Assembly: GCA_025558095.1 (NCBI GenBank)
Contig: JAIVFI010000003.1
Location: 186,001 to 250,000 of the forward strand
Source: Hyaloraphidium curvatum SAG 235-1
Lineage: Eukaryota; Fungi; Monoblepharomycota
DNA length: 64,000 nt
Reading direction: 5' to 3'
In this document: in pieces, positions 48,201-61,123 of the stretch
How the letters are laid out: each line of letters begins with the position of its first letter
Position numbering within the stretch: the stretch's first letter is position 1
Translations under genes and position numbers: made by a program
Notes under the pieces: model-generated
Told to the model about the DNA's origin: nothing
Database searches by the model: none
The model's input: the letters and a program-made list of their open reading frames with translations, nothing else

Positions 48201-51200
48201 CAGCTCGAACGGATTGTTGTTCAGCAGCAGATTCGCCAGCGGCAGAGCCTTTGACCACGGCACGGCGCCGGCAAGACGGATACTGAGGCGCCGGTTGAAG
48301 CCGTGCGACGGAAGCCCGGGGCACGATAGCGCGAGATGTCCCACGTCCACACCGGGAGATGGCTCCGAGTCGCCCGGGACAACCTCGGGCGGCGGCGACG
48401 ACACTTTCACGGCAGAAGCATCCTCCAGTACGGAAACATCCCTGACAATCGAGCCATCGCAGAACGGCTGCCCTTGCGGCCGGCCATTCGTCGTGAAGGC
48501 ACACGATGAACCGCCACACGAGAGATCCCCCTTCTTCACGCGGCCGCTGCAGCAGAACCCTCCTCGAGCATCGTTGTAGGGAACGGAACCCCGCGGACAA
48601 ATGTACCGCTGGCCGTCCCTGCATGCCGCAGTCTGGTTGTCTGCGTTCCTCGGGAAAGCGCAACTTGCGCCGCTCAAGCATTTGGCTCCGTCGGCGGAAA
48701 CCTCTCCGCCGCAGCAGAAACCAGTTCCGTAGGGCGAGGTTCCCGATGCGCAAACATAATTGAAGACCTCCTTTTCGTCCACGGGACCTGATGGCTTTGG
48801 ATGAGCTGGCGGGAGGTCTTTGGCGGCTCGCAGGTCCGCTTCCACAGTCAGCGGTTCTGCTGCGGGAACCCCGCTCCTGCACAAGGGCACGCTCTCCGTG
48901 CGGTTGTTCTGACGGTGAAGAATAAGAAACGGCTGCGAAAAGCCAATACTTGCTCACCCCTTGAATCCGGCACGACTCGCCATCGCAGGAGCTTCCGTCG
49001 GCGGCGATCTTGCCCTTGCAGCAGAAGCCGCCCAAGTAGTCGCCAAACGCGGCAAAGCTCGCCGGACACACGATCTTGGAGGTTGTCCGGCAAGTCTTCC
49101 ACTTGGCATCTGGAGGGCGCGGAGTCCCGGGAAACCCGCAATAGTCGCCGCCGGTGCATTGCAGCCCGTCATGCGAGACGTCCCCAGAGCAGCAAAAGCC
49201 TCCCCGCTCCTTGGATCCGAAGGGCGAGTAGCCGCCGGGACAGGCGGTGTCCTTCTTCAGGGTCGGCCAATCCAGCTTGTTCTTCTCGAAAGCGACTTGG
49301 AGGCTCTGGAGAGAGGCAGTGACTGATAAGCAGCCCATCAATGGAGCAGAAAGCTGCGCGCTCACGGCGGGGGTTTCTGCGACGGGTTTTGCCTCCGCCG
49401 CTGTACGCGCGGCCTGTATGTATGGCGAGTGCCGGTTAGCTCCACAGCCCGCAGATCCTTCAAGGAAAGCAGCTCACATTAAACTCGGCTTCGAGATCCG
49501 AGGCGGCGGCGATGTTGGCTGTACGGGAAGAGAGCACAATGTCAGCACCGGACGTCCACGAAAGGCATCCAGCTCACCAGTCGATCCGGCCGTGATGGTG
49601 TACAGGGCCTTCCACGTTTTGAACAACGAGGGCTCGCGGCTCGGAAACATGGCCGCGTCGAGAAACTCTAACTGGAACCGCGTGATCGAGGAATCTCCTT
49701 CGGCCGGAACGACTTCGACGCGCGTCAGAACAGTCTTCGTGCACGGGTATCTGACGACATAAGTCTCGTCCGCTGCCGACGCCGGGATGGTGCACTGGGT
49801 GTTGTCGTTGCCGTCGAAGCACGCCCTCCAGTCCGCTCCGAAAACGAGATCCGAGGGCGGAAAGAGAGCATTGTCCGTTCCAAAGAGCCGCAGCTCCCGC
49901 AGGCGCAATTCAGGTTTCTCCGAAGGAGGCACGAACCGGATCGCGCACTTTTCGCCCACATTGTAGAGTTGGCGTCCACCGGCAAAGTGGTACGGAAATC
50001 GGAAAGGCTTGCCATCCGGCCTCAGGAACTCGAGCTGGAACTTGTTGAGCCGGTCCGCGCACAACGCCCCGCACGAATCCCAGCGGTTGAAGACCTCGAC
50101 GCGTGACAACTGCCTCATTGCGCAGTTGTAGCGGATGGTCAGCGAAGCCTCCGTCGACGATCCCGTATGACACATGTTATCAAGAGCGGTGGAACCATCG
50201 AAGCACCGGCCGACGGGGTACTCCGCTGGCCAGTCCGGAGCCAAGGCTGTCAGGAGCTCCGACGACGGTATCTGGCCGTTTTGGTCGAACAGCTTCACCT
50301 GCCGCAGATTCAAAAACTCTCCCGATCTTTCTCCCGGATTCATGCGGATCTGCACGGTGCACATGGCGTACTGCGCGGGCACGAAATACTCCCCCCTGCC
50401 ACCCTCAAAGTCGTAGGGCGCGCGCAGCTCCGAGCCCGTGGGATCCAAGAACTCGAGCCTGTAGGAGTTAAGCGCGCCGGGGCAGTCCCATGCCGCCGGG
50501 CAGTCGATCCTGTTGTAGACCTCCACGCGCTGCAGCTTCTTCCTGGAGCAGTCATAACGCACCGCCAGCTTCGGGTTCTTATCGTCCTCCTTCGAGACGC
50601 AAATGGTCCCCATATCACCATCAAAGCAATAGCCGACGCCGAGTGTGGGCCATTCAGAGCTGATGGCGATCTGAAGCTCCGACACATGCAGAGCGCGTCC
50701 GTCCTCGTTGATGAGTCGCATTTCGCGCAATGCCAGAGACCGAGGATTGGCTCCCGACTTGAGCACGACGCGCACCGAGCACCAGCTAGGTTCCCATGGG
50801 CTGATGCGGAATGCATCGATTGCATATTGGAAGTCGTAGGGGGTCCGTATGGCTCCGAACGCGTCGAAAAACGTCAGGGCAAAGTTGGTGATGCGTTGCT
50901 TGCTGATGTGCGGACACGGGTGAGCATCGTCCAGAACGTGCATAGCAGATCGTCCCACCAGCAATCCACGCGATTGTGGATCTCGACATAGTCCACGTCG
51001 ATGGCGCAATCGTAACGCACGGTCAACGACGGGTTGCCGTCTCCGCCGGCCGTGTGACAATAGGAGGCCGTCGGCCCCTCGGCCCCGTCAAAGCAGCGGC
51101 TCACGGGGTCGTTGGGCAATTCGCTGGACATCCAGTAATCGAGCTGATTCGCAGGTACTTGGCCGGTACGGGCAAAGATCTTGACCTCTCGAAGGTGCAG

Positions 51201-54040
51201 GTACTCGGCGGGCACACCGGGCTTCGTGAAAATGTGGATCCCGCACCGCTTCCAAGGGTACGCTTGGTTGAACTGGATGTAAGCGTTAGAGTTCGCGATG
51301 CCGTGGTTCGGACCCAAGGGCACTCCGCCCCGATCCAGGAGCTCGAGTTGGAAGTTCATGATCCGCTCCGAGCCTGCGAAACGATAAGGTTACCGGCCTT
51401 GTATGCGAGACGTCACTTCGCCACCACCCACAGCAGTCTATGCGGTTGAATAGGTGAACAAACACTCCAGACCAACCAGAATTTGAGGTCCCAACAGCGC
51501 CGCACCAATACTGAAGCGTCGCGCTGGGTAGCGGATCCCATTCTGTGGCGGGAAAGAATCAACGATCCAAACCAGAGGTCACTGTCCAGGAGACAAACTG
51601 GTGGTGTGACAAAAGTTCTCGAGGTTGCCGTCGTAGCAATTCCAAAATGGTTCGGCGTTACTGCTAACGTGACCGATAATGGGCGGCTTGTGGTTGCTTT
51701 GGTATGGAGCGTACATTTCCACCGCAAACTCGCGAAGATGGAGGGAGTCCCACGCGCCAGGTCTGGTGGCGATCCGCGCTGTGCAATAGTCCACGTTGAC
51801 CGGAAAGCTGTACTCGGGGAAACCTCCATCGAAGTACCACTGCTCGATCCTCGTTCCGGCGCGACCGTACAGCACCAGCATGTACGCATTGATCCGATTA
51901 CGACAGCAGTCGTGCTCGCGGTTGAGCACGGTGATCTTGGTGAGGCCGCGAGCGCAGTCAAAGGAGGCCGAAAACCAGGGGTAGTCGTCTTGGGGGCTCA
52001 TGGCCGAGTGGCACCCGGGGCCACCGTTGAAGCAGTTCGCCCACGCCTCGATCCCTTGCTGCCCGAAGGAGATGTCCGACTCGAGGACCTGGATGGGCTG
52101 CTCGGTACGATCAAGGAGGCGTATGCCCCTGAGATTGAGGTATTCAAAACCAGCATTCGGCCGGAGCGAGATGCGGATCTGGCACTTGGAGGCGTAGCCA
52201 TCCCGCTTCTCCAGGCGCCGGCGTGCGTGCGGGGCAGGAGCTTCGGGCTGCGGGGTCTCGTTTCCTCGGTCGGGTCCGACGCCGATCGCAACTTTGACTC
52301 CGGCAGGGAGATCCAGCTTCTCCAGCGTAGATTGGGCGCAGTTGAGGGCCGGTGCGAGCTCCTCGGGCAGCATGCCGGCGATCTCCTTCGCCTGTGCGAG
52401 ATCCGGCAGGAAGATCACGGCGCCCTCCGGATCGTCGTCCGGGGCGACGCCGGTGCACGCCGAATGGACCAGCTTGCTGTCGTCGACCTTCAGCTCGGCT
52501 TCGAGCGCCGTCCTGTGGGCGCAGTGAGCGACCTTGAAGCCCGCCTGCTCCGCCGCCGACTTGAGCTCCACGGCCCGGTCTGGTTCCACGCCGAGGACGC
52601 TGGCGAGGGACTCGTCGGCTTCGGAGAACTCCTCGTCTTCCGAGTCCTCCTGTTCTGATTCCTCCTGATCGTCGTCGTCGTCCCCGCTCTCCTCGTCCTC
52701 GTCGACCTGCCAGCAGGCATCAGCAACGCAGTCCCGTCAAGGAACACGCCGGCAGCTACCTCGGTGTTGTCGGACTCGGCGCCCTCGCCTTGTTCAGACT
52801 CGCCGCCCTCGCCTGGTTCCTGCTCGCCTTCCGAATCGTCGCCAGCCGCTTGATCCTGCCGAACATCGCCGGAAGTCAACCAAACTGAAAGCTGTCCAGT
52901 TCCGAGGCGGCGTACGTCGTCCGATTCCTCCGGCTCCGTCGATTCCTCCGGCTCCTTCGAATCCTCCGAGTCCTCCGAGTCCTCGGGCTCTGCTAAATCC
53001 TCGGCTTCCTCCGGCCCCGCCAAATCCTCCGAGTCCTCCTGCTCCGCCGCTTCGTCGCCCTGCGGAAAGCAGCTCAGCGACGAAGGCACTGGGGCCGTCC
53101 TACAAGCCGACGGACCTCCTGCCCTCCCTCCTCTTCCTCCGCAACGTCGTCTGGCTCTTCCGCAGACCCGGCCTACGACCAGCCCGGTCAGAAACGCGTC
53201 CGCCATGCAAAATGAGGGACGCGTCCCCACCTCGTCCTCCTCTGCCTCTTCCTCGCCGCCATCCTGGGCCACCGGTTCGTTCATATCCTCGGCCGATTCG
53301 TTCTCGTCCTCGCCGGACACGTCGGCGGGCTCCTCCTGCGGGGAGAAGGCCGCCTTTCCAGTGCACAGTCGCGCCGCGACGCCGGCACGCTGCCCACCTC
53401 CCGTTCATCGGATTCCGCCTCCTCGTCCGCGCCATCCTCCGCATCTTCCTCGTCGTCCGGCCCGGCATCGTCGCTGGTGGAGTCGTCCTCGCCCGCTGGA
53501 GATTCGGTCCGGAGTTTGTCGGCGCTCGGGGCGTCCGAAACAGCACACAGCCATCGGAGGCCCACCTTCCTCATCCGCGTCCTCCGATTCTTCCTCGTCG
53601 TCGGCCTCTTCGTCTTTCTCGTCTTCCTCATCTCCCAATTCGTCGTCGTCGTCGTCGTCGTCGTCCTGCCGTGCCCGAATCCCGTGCTGCGCTCCGACAC
53701 CCGGGTTCGCCGCGCCATCCGTTCCCGGAGAACGCTCCCGCAGCTCCGGCATCGGCCTTCCCGCCGCCAACGCGCGCCTCGCCTCTGCATCCCATCTCAG
53801 ACGCGCATCGGCTGGGGCGATGAGCGGGACGAGCGCGAGGAGCAGCACCGCGAGGAGCGTGCCAGCGCGGCGCCATCTCGTAGCACCACGGCCCTCCGCC
53901 GTCCGGAGGCTAGCGGAGGGCTGCATGCGGTCGCGGGATGGCACTGCGGTGCTGTGCGGTCCTCGGGCGGCGTCGGGCCTCGGCGACGCCTGAACTGCCA
54001 TGGTGACTGCAGATGGGGGCAGCGATTCTGGGTCCAAGGG
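42270..54040 (-). repeat. Right arm of the inverted repeat
   Basis: Reverse complement of 27710-39610; near-identical over about 42900-50460 and more diverged outside that interval. Confidence 0.97.
42433..53926 (-). CDS. Giant secreted multi-lectin protein, copy B
   Basis: Same exon and domain structure as copy A; start MQPSASLRTAEGRG at 53926; stop at 42433-42435. Confidence 0.8.
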
Positions 54041-54167
54041 GCGAGCCCCAGCCGCCGATCCCCAAGGACCTCGCGGGAGAAGCGCACGCGCGCAATCCGG
54101 CCTCGGATGTCGGCTTCTTCTCCGGTCGGATGTCGCTGCACCATATGGTGGCACGGCAAGCACTGTA

Positions 54168-54480
54168 TCACGCAACAGGACACACGGTCTGGATCGTCAC
54201 CCTCGCCCCGGCTCCCCTCAGGATGCCAAACAGCCCCACGCCCACGGTCAGCCCCGTGACGAGCAGGCCCCTGAGCACGCCGTACCCCACCACGAACCCG
54301 AACAGCTTGGCCAGGTCCGCCCCGCACGCGGCCTCGTACCGCGCCATCAGCTCCGCGTGCGCCCTCAGGCGGCGCCGCTCCTGGTGGTCCGGGTCGAGGG
54401 CGAGCAGCCCCGCGAGGGCGGTCTGCGCGCGGCGGTACAGGTCCACAATCGAGGAGACGCCGGCATTGGCGACGACAAGG
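54168..54480 (-). pseudogene. 3' fragment of a multi-TM protein (C-terminus reminiscent of 7TM chemoreceptor-like proteins)
   Basis: GC3-rich frame VVANAGVSSIVDLYRRAQ..AKLFGFVVGYGVLRGLLVTGLTVGVGLFGILRGAGARVTIQTVCPVA-stop. Upstream it runs directly into antisense kinase sequence. Confidence 0.5.
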
Positions 54481-56811
54481 GTTGGCCCAAGCCGCTCTCG
54501 CTGCGCCTGTTGGCAGATGCCGCTGCGGTCATGGAGGTGCTGCATGCGGTGGGCGTCGTTCACTCCGACCTCAAGGCCGACAACGTGCTCGTGTCGCTCG
54601 AGGCTTCCGGCAACCCCGTGGGCAGGATCGCCGACTTCGGCATCTCGAAGCTGCGCACGCGGATCCAAGACAGCAAGGGGAATAAGGGCTACGAGTACAA
54701 GGGGGTTTACGGGGCAACAGTACGGTTCGCGCCGCCCGAGTTCTTTGACCAGGAGCCGATGGGGAGGCAGTCGGACGTGTGGACTTTTGGCATGATGTGC
54801 TACCAGGTCTTTTCGGGTGGAAGGGATCCGTACGAGGACCTCAATTCGCCGGCGGCGGTTTATTTCAACGCGGTTGCACGATCTTGGAGCCCGTAATCTG
54901 ACGAGGTTTCCCGCTTCAGGTGATGAGAGCCATCTTTACGGGCCAACGGCCCTCGCGGCCATCCGATATCCCGAATGCGATATGGAGCCTTGTGGAGCAA
55001 TGCTGGAGAGAGGAACGCTCGGAGAGACCGACCATGGCCGAGCTTGCCGAAGCTTTGCACAAGGAAGCCGGGGTTGGCGGCAGGCAACCTCCGGAGCAGC
55101 CGGCCTCACCCGCATCGCCCCCTGCCGAGGCCGAGCGGCAGAGGAACCATGCAGCGCAGCGGGCCGCGCAGCAGCGGCAACGTGAAGCCGACGAAGCTGA
55201 AGCACGCAGGAGGCAGCAGCAACTCGAGGATGACGCCCGGTTGCGAAGGGAACAGGACGCGGAGCTGGCCCGTCGGCTCGAGGAGCTGCGCGCGCGGGAG
55301 CAGGAGGTGGAGCGCTTGCGGCAGCGCGAGGCCGAAAAGGCCGAAGCCCGCAGGAAGCAGCAGCAGCTCGAAGACGACGCTCGGATGCAACGGGAACAGG
55401 AAGCGAAACGGCTTGAGGAACTGAGAGTGCGGGAGCAGGAGGCGGAAAGGGTGCGGCAGCGCCAAGCAGAAGAGGCCGAAGCCCGCAGGAGGCAGCAGCA
55501 GCTCGAGAACGACGCCCGGGTGCGGCGGGAACAGGAGGCGGAGCTGGCCCGTCGGCTCAAGGAGCTGAGGGTGCGGGAGCAGGAGGCGGAACGCAAGATG
55601 GCCGAGGCCGAGGAGAGGGCCAAGCAGGCGCGGGGTAACAGGGGGAAGGACCCCGCAATCATCGCCGACTCTTCTCCGCATCCAGCTGCCAGTGAATCCA
55701 TCTCCACCTTGCTTTCGGATCCTGGCCTCGCACAGCTTCGGGTGGACCAATCTCAGCTCAGAACTGTCTCTCTTCTCGGACAAGGCTCATTCAGTGACGT
55801 ATGGAAGGGAGTTCTGAACGGGTCACAACCTGTATCCATCAAGAAGATGAAAGCTGGCGTACTTAGCGAACCCAAGGTCCTCGACATCTTTTTCGCGGAG
55901 CTTAAGATTTGGGCTCCTCTTCGGCACCCAAACATATTGTCTCTTTTAGCCTTCAGCTTCAGCGCGAACCCGTTCAGTGCGGATCCCCCAATGCTAGCAG
56001 CGGAGCTCTGTGATGGATCTCTCCGGGATGTGATGGATGCTCGGCGATGGCCACCTGCTTTGGGATGGAAGTTCATCAGGGACGTGGCAAGTGCGTTAGT
56101 TTATCTGCACAACCGTTCCATCCGCCACGGGGATGTGAAGAGCGCGAATATTCTCATCAGTGGGTCCAACTTCGTGGGCATCCAAACCACGTTAACAGGG
56201 CGATTGCAGCTAGGGAAACGGCTCAGCTTTCGGACTTCGGTATCGCCTGTAAGATCTCACCTGACAGGCCCGCAGAATGGCCGGCACTCCTTCCTTCATG
56301 GCCCCAGAGCTGTGGGAGGGTGGTTTCGTGGGCGCTGAAGCCGACGTGTATGCACTTGCCATGACTTGTTGGGAAGTTGCCGAGGAAGGAGAGTTCCCCT
56401 TCATGGTAGGTTGCTGCCAGTGTAGGTTGCCGACCAAGACTGATCTGGATGATAAAGGGCCTCGGTGGATTTTCGGGCATACGGGAAGCTGTTGCCGCCG
56501 GCATACGCCCCAACAGACCAAGTAGCTTGCCCGACAGCCTGTGGAAGCTCATGCAGCAGATGTGGGCCCAGGAACCCGAAGACCGGCCCACTGCGGCCAA
56601 GGTCGTGCAGGAGCTGGATCGGATCCTGCCGGGGTTGGATTGGACACCCAAGGGCACCGGCGGTGCCGCGGTGAGCGCGGGCAACACGGCCGCCTCCACC
56701 GCTGCCCCGGCCGCCGTGAGAGGAGTCAACAAGGCCAACCCAAGCGCCGCCGCGGGCATGGAGCCCCTCGGCAAGAAGGTCGGGGGATTGTTCAAGAAGC
56801 TTTTCAAATAA
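54474..56811 (+). pseudogene. Tandem TKL kinase (C-lobe only, coiled-coil repeats, full second kinase); 5'-truncated and frameshifted
   Basis: Kinase 1 begins at DKGWP with HSDLKADN, IADFG, FAPPE and SDVWTFG but has no Gly loop or VAIK. Kinase 2 has GQGSFSDV, VSIKK, HGDVKSAN and SDFG, then a frame change at about 56276 before MAGTPSFMAPE. Stop TAA at 56809-56811. Confidence 0.7.
55175..55595 (+). repeat. Three 45-48-aa coiled-coil repeats between the kinase domains
   Basis: RQREAxEAEARRRQQQLEDDARxRREQxAELARRLEELRxREQExER, three times. Confidence 0.85.
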
Positions 56812-56997
56812 GGGCCGACCCGAGCAACGGTGATGCGGGGGAACGTAGCTTCGACCTTCACTTTGGGTGATCCACCCTGTCCCATGTTCGCCGCGGAGCT
56901 CGGACGAGGTAGCTCTGGGCTTTGGATACCCTTTGCAAGGAGAAATGAGATTGGTGCCCAGATACCGGATGCGTGTGATCCGCAAGCGCACGAGGCG

Positions 56998-58205
56998 TCA
57001 GGGCTGCGCGCTTGGCGCGGCATCTCCACCCATGTCCTCGCCCGGGAAGAACATCCCCACGGCATTGTCCCACGCCCGCGCGCACACCTCCTCCAACTTC
57101 TCCCCCCTCGACCCCGCCACGGCCGCGGCGACCCACCGCGTCGCCGCGGGCTCGTTCCGCTCCTTCACCATCCTCCCCGCCTCCCACTTCTCCTTCTTTT
57201 TCGCGTCCGCCTTCGCCACCTCGTCCGCGACGAACGGCCACGACGCGTGCGTCCGCCGGATGTCGCACCACGGCGCGTCCGACTCGAGCATGACCCTGTC
57301 CAGCGGCACCGCGCGCACCGTGTCGAGGTTCTCGGGGGTCTTGAGCGAGCACCCGTTGAACCCGATGCACATACCCTCGAGCGCGAGCACCGCCAGGGCT
57401 TCCGCCGGCGGGGCGGTGAAGCTGTGCGCGACGCCGCGCTTCCACTTGGCGCGGTTCCGGGAGAGGATCCGGACAAAGGCGTCCGTGGCGGAGCGGCAGT
57501 GCAGGAACAGCGGGAGGCCCAGCTCGTCCGACAGCGAGAGCTGCAGCTCAAAGTACTTTTCCTGCACCTCGGGCGGGCAGAATTTGGCGCGGTCGGGGTC
57601 GAAGTCGAGGCCGAGCTCGCCGACGGCTACCACCTTGCCCTTTGCGCGGCCGCGCCGGGCGAGGTCGAGCAGGCGGCGGAGGTAGTCCGCGGGGCCGGCG
57701 GGGTGCGCGTCGAATTCGGAACAGCGGGTGGGGTGCACGCCGACGGTCGAGTAGAGGCCGTCTGTCACAGAGGCGTGCGAGGTTCAGTGACTGGTTGGCT
57801 CCCGGGATTGAGGGAAGTCACCGTGCTGCTCGGCAAGTGCCAGCGCCTCCTCCGACTCGGAGAGCGAGCCGCCCGTCACGATCACGCGCTCCACGCCCGC
57901 CGCACGCGCCCGCTCGAGCACCTGGCCAAAGTCGTCTGTGCCCAGGCGGGCAAGGCTACATGAGCTCCGTTCCATGAAACCGTGCAGACCCAAACAGACG
58001 ACGCACCGGGGTGCACGTGCTTCCCGCGGTATATTCCGCGGAAGACGGGGTCCGTCAGGTTCGCGCCGATGTCTGCGCGGCCATCGGGGCAAGAGTCGCC
58101 GCGGGAGGCAGAGTCGCGGAACGCCGCGGGTCAGCGCCGATCGGGGCCGCCGCCGCGCATGCGAGCGAAGTGCCCACCGATGAGGCGTATCCGACGCGCG
58201 GCCAT
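56998..58205 (-). CDS. TATDN1: TatD-family DNase
   Basis: Spliced MAARRIRLI/DIGANLTDPVFRGIYRGK, TVGVHPTRC, AVGELGLD, PLFLHCR, GVAHSFT, IGFNGCSLKT, MLESDAPWC and KERNEP. Confidence 0.93.
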
Positions 58206-58447
58206 GTTTTCGGCAGCGCGAACGGGACGGGCGGGAGGCCGGGTAGCGGGACGCGTTGTTTGGCGTCTCCAATGCCCGCCTCCCCGACACTCCGAATCAC
58301 GCAGCGCACATCCCCGCCGGCGAGCCATCGGCCGCCGCACACCCGCGCCCGCCGCTTTTGAGAAGCCGTCGAGTGCAGCGGGCGACGGCACGCGGGGTCG
58401 GAGGCACCGCAGAGCGCTCCACAGGCCGCCCCGCGGAGAGCCAAACA

Positions 58448-60269
58448 ATGGGCGGCACCGGCGCCGCCGCGGCCATCGAGCCCGGCCGCGCCGCCGGCAC
58501 GCCCCGATCCTCGCCGCCGCAGCCGTTCCGCATCGACACGGCCGCCGGCCCGCTGCCGCTGCCGCCGCCGGTGCTCTCGCCGACGTCGCGGCTGTACATG
58601 CTCGGCAAGTCGGCCACCGGCCTGTCGGACCTCGACCTGCTGCGCTCGCAGCTGTCGGCGTCGTCAGAGGGCATGGCGCAGGCGCTGTCACCCGTGCGCT
58701 CGTCGTCGTTCGCCGCGCTGTTCGGCGAGGGCCCCGAGGGCCGCGCCGCGACCGAGACGCTGCAGGCCCTGCTGGCGCCCGATCGGGCCTCGGCAGCCGC
58801 GTCGGCGGCGCAGACGCCCAACCCGGGCCATACTGCGCACCACCAGCTCCTCCAGGGGCTGTCGGACGTCGAGATGCGGCCGGCGGACGCGCCCTTCCTT
58901 CAGGGCCTGTCCATCCCGGACCTGTTCGCGGCCCTGCAGGGCCACGCCGGCGAGGGCTCCCCCGATGGAGCGCACAGCGGAGCTCATGGACAGCTCGACG
59001 CCGAGCATGGCTGGATTCCCGACCACGCCGAGCCCCTGCCCCCGCTGCCGACCACCGGCGGCTACACCTACGCCGGGCACCAGCCCGAGGGCCACGACGG
59101 CCCCCGCCAGGAGGGAGTCCTTCCCGTTCTCCTGCAGCACGTCGTCGACGACGGCAACGGCGGCCCCCGCGTCGAGCTCGTCCTCTTCGACCCCAGCACC
59201 GGCGAGTTCGCCGTCGTGCCCCCCGAGCTCGCCGCCGGCCTGCGCTTCGTCAACCCCGCTGATCACCTCGGGGCCCCCGCGGGCGGGGACCCCCATCCCC
59301 ACTCCCACTTTGCCGCGGGCCCGCACGGCCTGATGCCCGTCCCCGAGGGCGAGGAATCCACCTTCTCCGGCTCCCCGCCGCGCCCGCCCTCCCGCCCGGC
59401 CTCGGTCTCCCCCACCCGCCCGCGCAAGCACAAGCCCCGCTCGCGCTCCCTCCAACCCCCACCCTACCCCATCCCGTCGCTGCACGACGCGCAGCAGCAG
59501 CCGCTGTACCCCTCCCGCCCGCTCTTCTCGGAACCCCCGGGCAGCGAGGACGGCTCGGAGTTCGACCCCGCGGCGTACCGCTCCCGCGCCGTCCCCGGGT
59601 CGGCCGACACCACCCCGCGCACGAGCCGCACCTCGTCGCTGGCGAGCGAGCCGGCGGGGAGCAGGGGGAGCAGCCCGGGGAGGGAGCCGCTGCCCGCCGA
59701 GGCGCTCGAGGGGCTGGCGATCGGGCAGAAGCCGAAGAAGGTGTACTACTGCGGGTTCGAGGGGTGCGAGCGGAGCTTCACCACGAGCGGGCACCTTTCG
59801 CGGTACGTGGACGTTGCCGGGGTGCGGCACGCAAGGAAGCTGACCGCTCCTTCCGCGCGCTTCCAGCCACAAGCGCATCCACGTGGGCACCAAATCCTTC
59901 CTCTGCCCCATCCCCGGCTGCCCCTCCTCCTTCTTCCGCTCCGACAACATGATGACGCACTACCGCGTGCACGCGCGCAAGCTCGGCATCCGCGCGCTCG
60001 AGGACGCGCACGCCGTCGCCGGGGGCGAGTACGACGCCGACCTCTCCGCGGCCGGGCTGGACGGCGCGGCGCAGAAGGCCGCGTGGGAGGCGGCGCTGGG
60101 CGTCGCCAAGATGTCGGCCGAGGGGGAGGTCCGGGTTGCCAAGGGCGCGTGGGGGCCGCAGGGGAGCACGGGGAGCCTGATCGGGGACGTGGCGGTGCTG
60201 GCGGGGAGCGTGGAGCCCGCCGGGCCGGGCGGGAGCAAGAGGAAAAGCAAGGGGGCCGCGAGGGCTTGA
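58448..60269 (+). CDS. Two-finger C2H2 transcription factor, Nrg1-like
   Basis: YYCGFEGCERSFTTSGHLSR/HKRIH and FLCPIPGCPSSFFRSDNMMTHYRVH; one intron inside finger 1. Confidence 0.85.
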
Positions 60270-60373
60270 TTCGTTTTGGACTGCAGACCCGGCGGGGACC
60301 GGGGGAAAAGCCGCAATTGTAGACCGCTCGCAATCCATCATCTTTTTCGTTGCAATTGGCTACTCATGCAAAC

Positions 60374-61123
<750 letters not shown>

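Noticed and set aside
27710-54040. Inverted repeat as transposon TIRs or a giant mobile element
   Set aside because: No transposase, integrase or target-site duplication was seen. The arms are an intron-rich host-type gene and their ends fade gradually.
56249-56275. 27-nt mini-intron (GTAAGA..CTGAC..CAG) rescuing the kinase frameshift
   Set aside because: Its length is a multiple of three and splicing creates TAA, so the frame is not restored.
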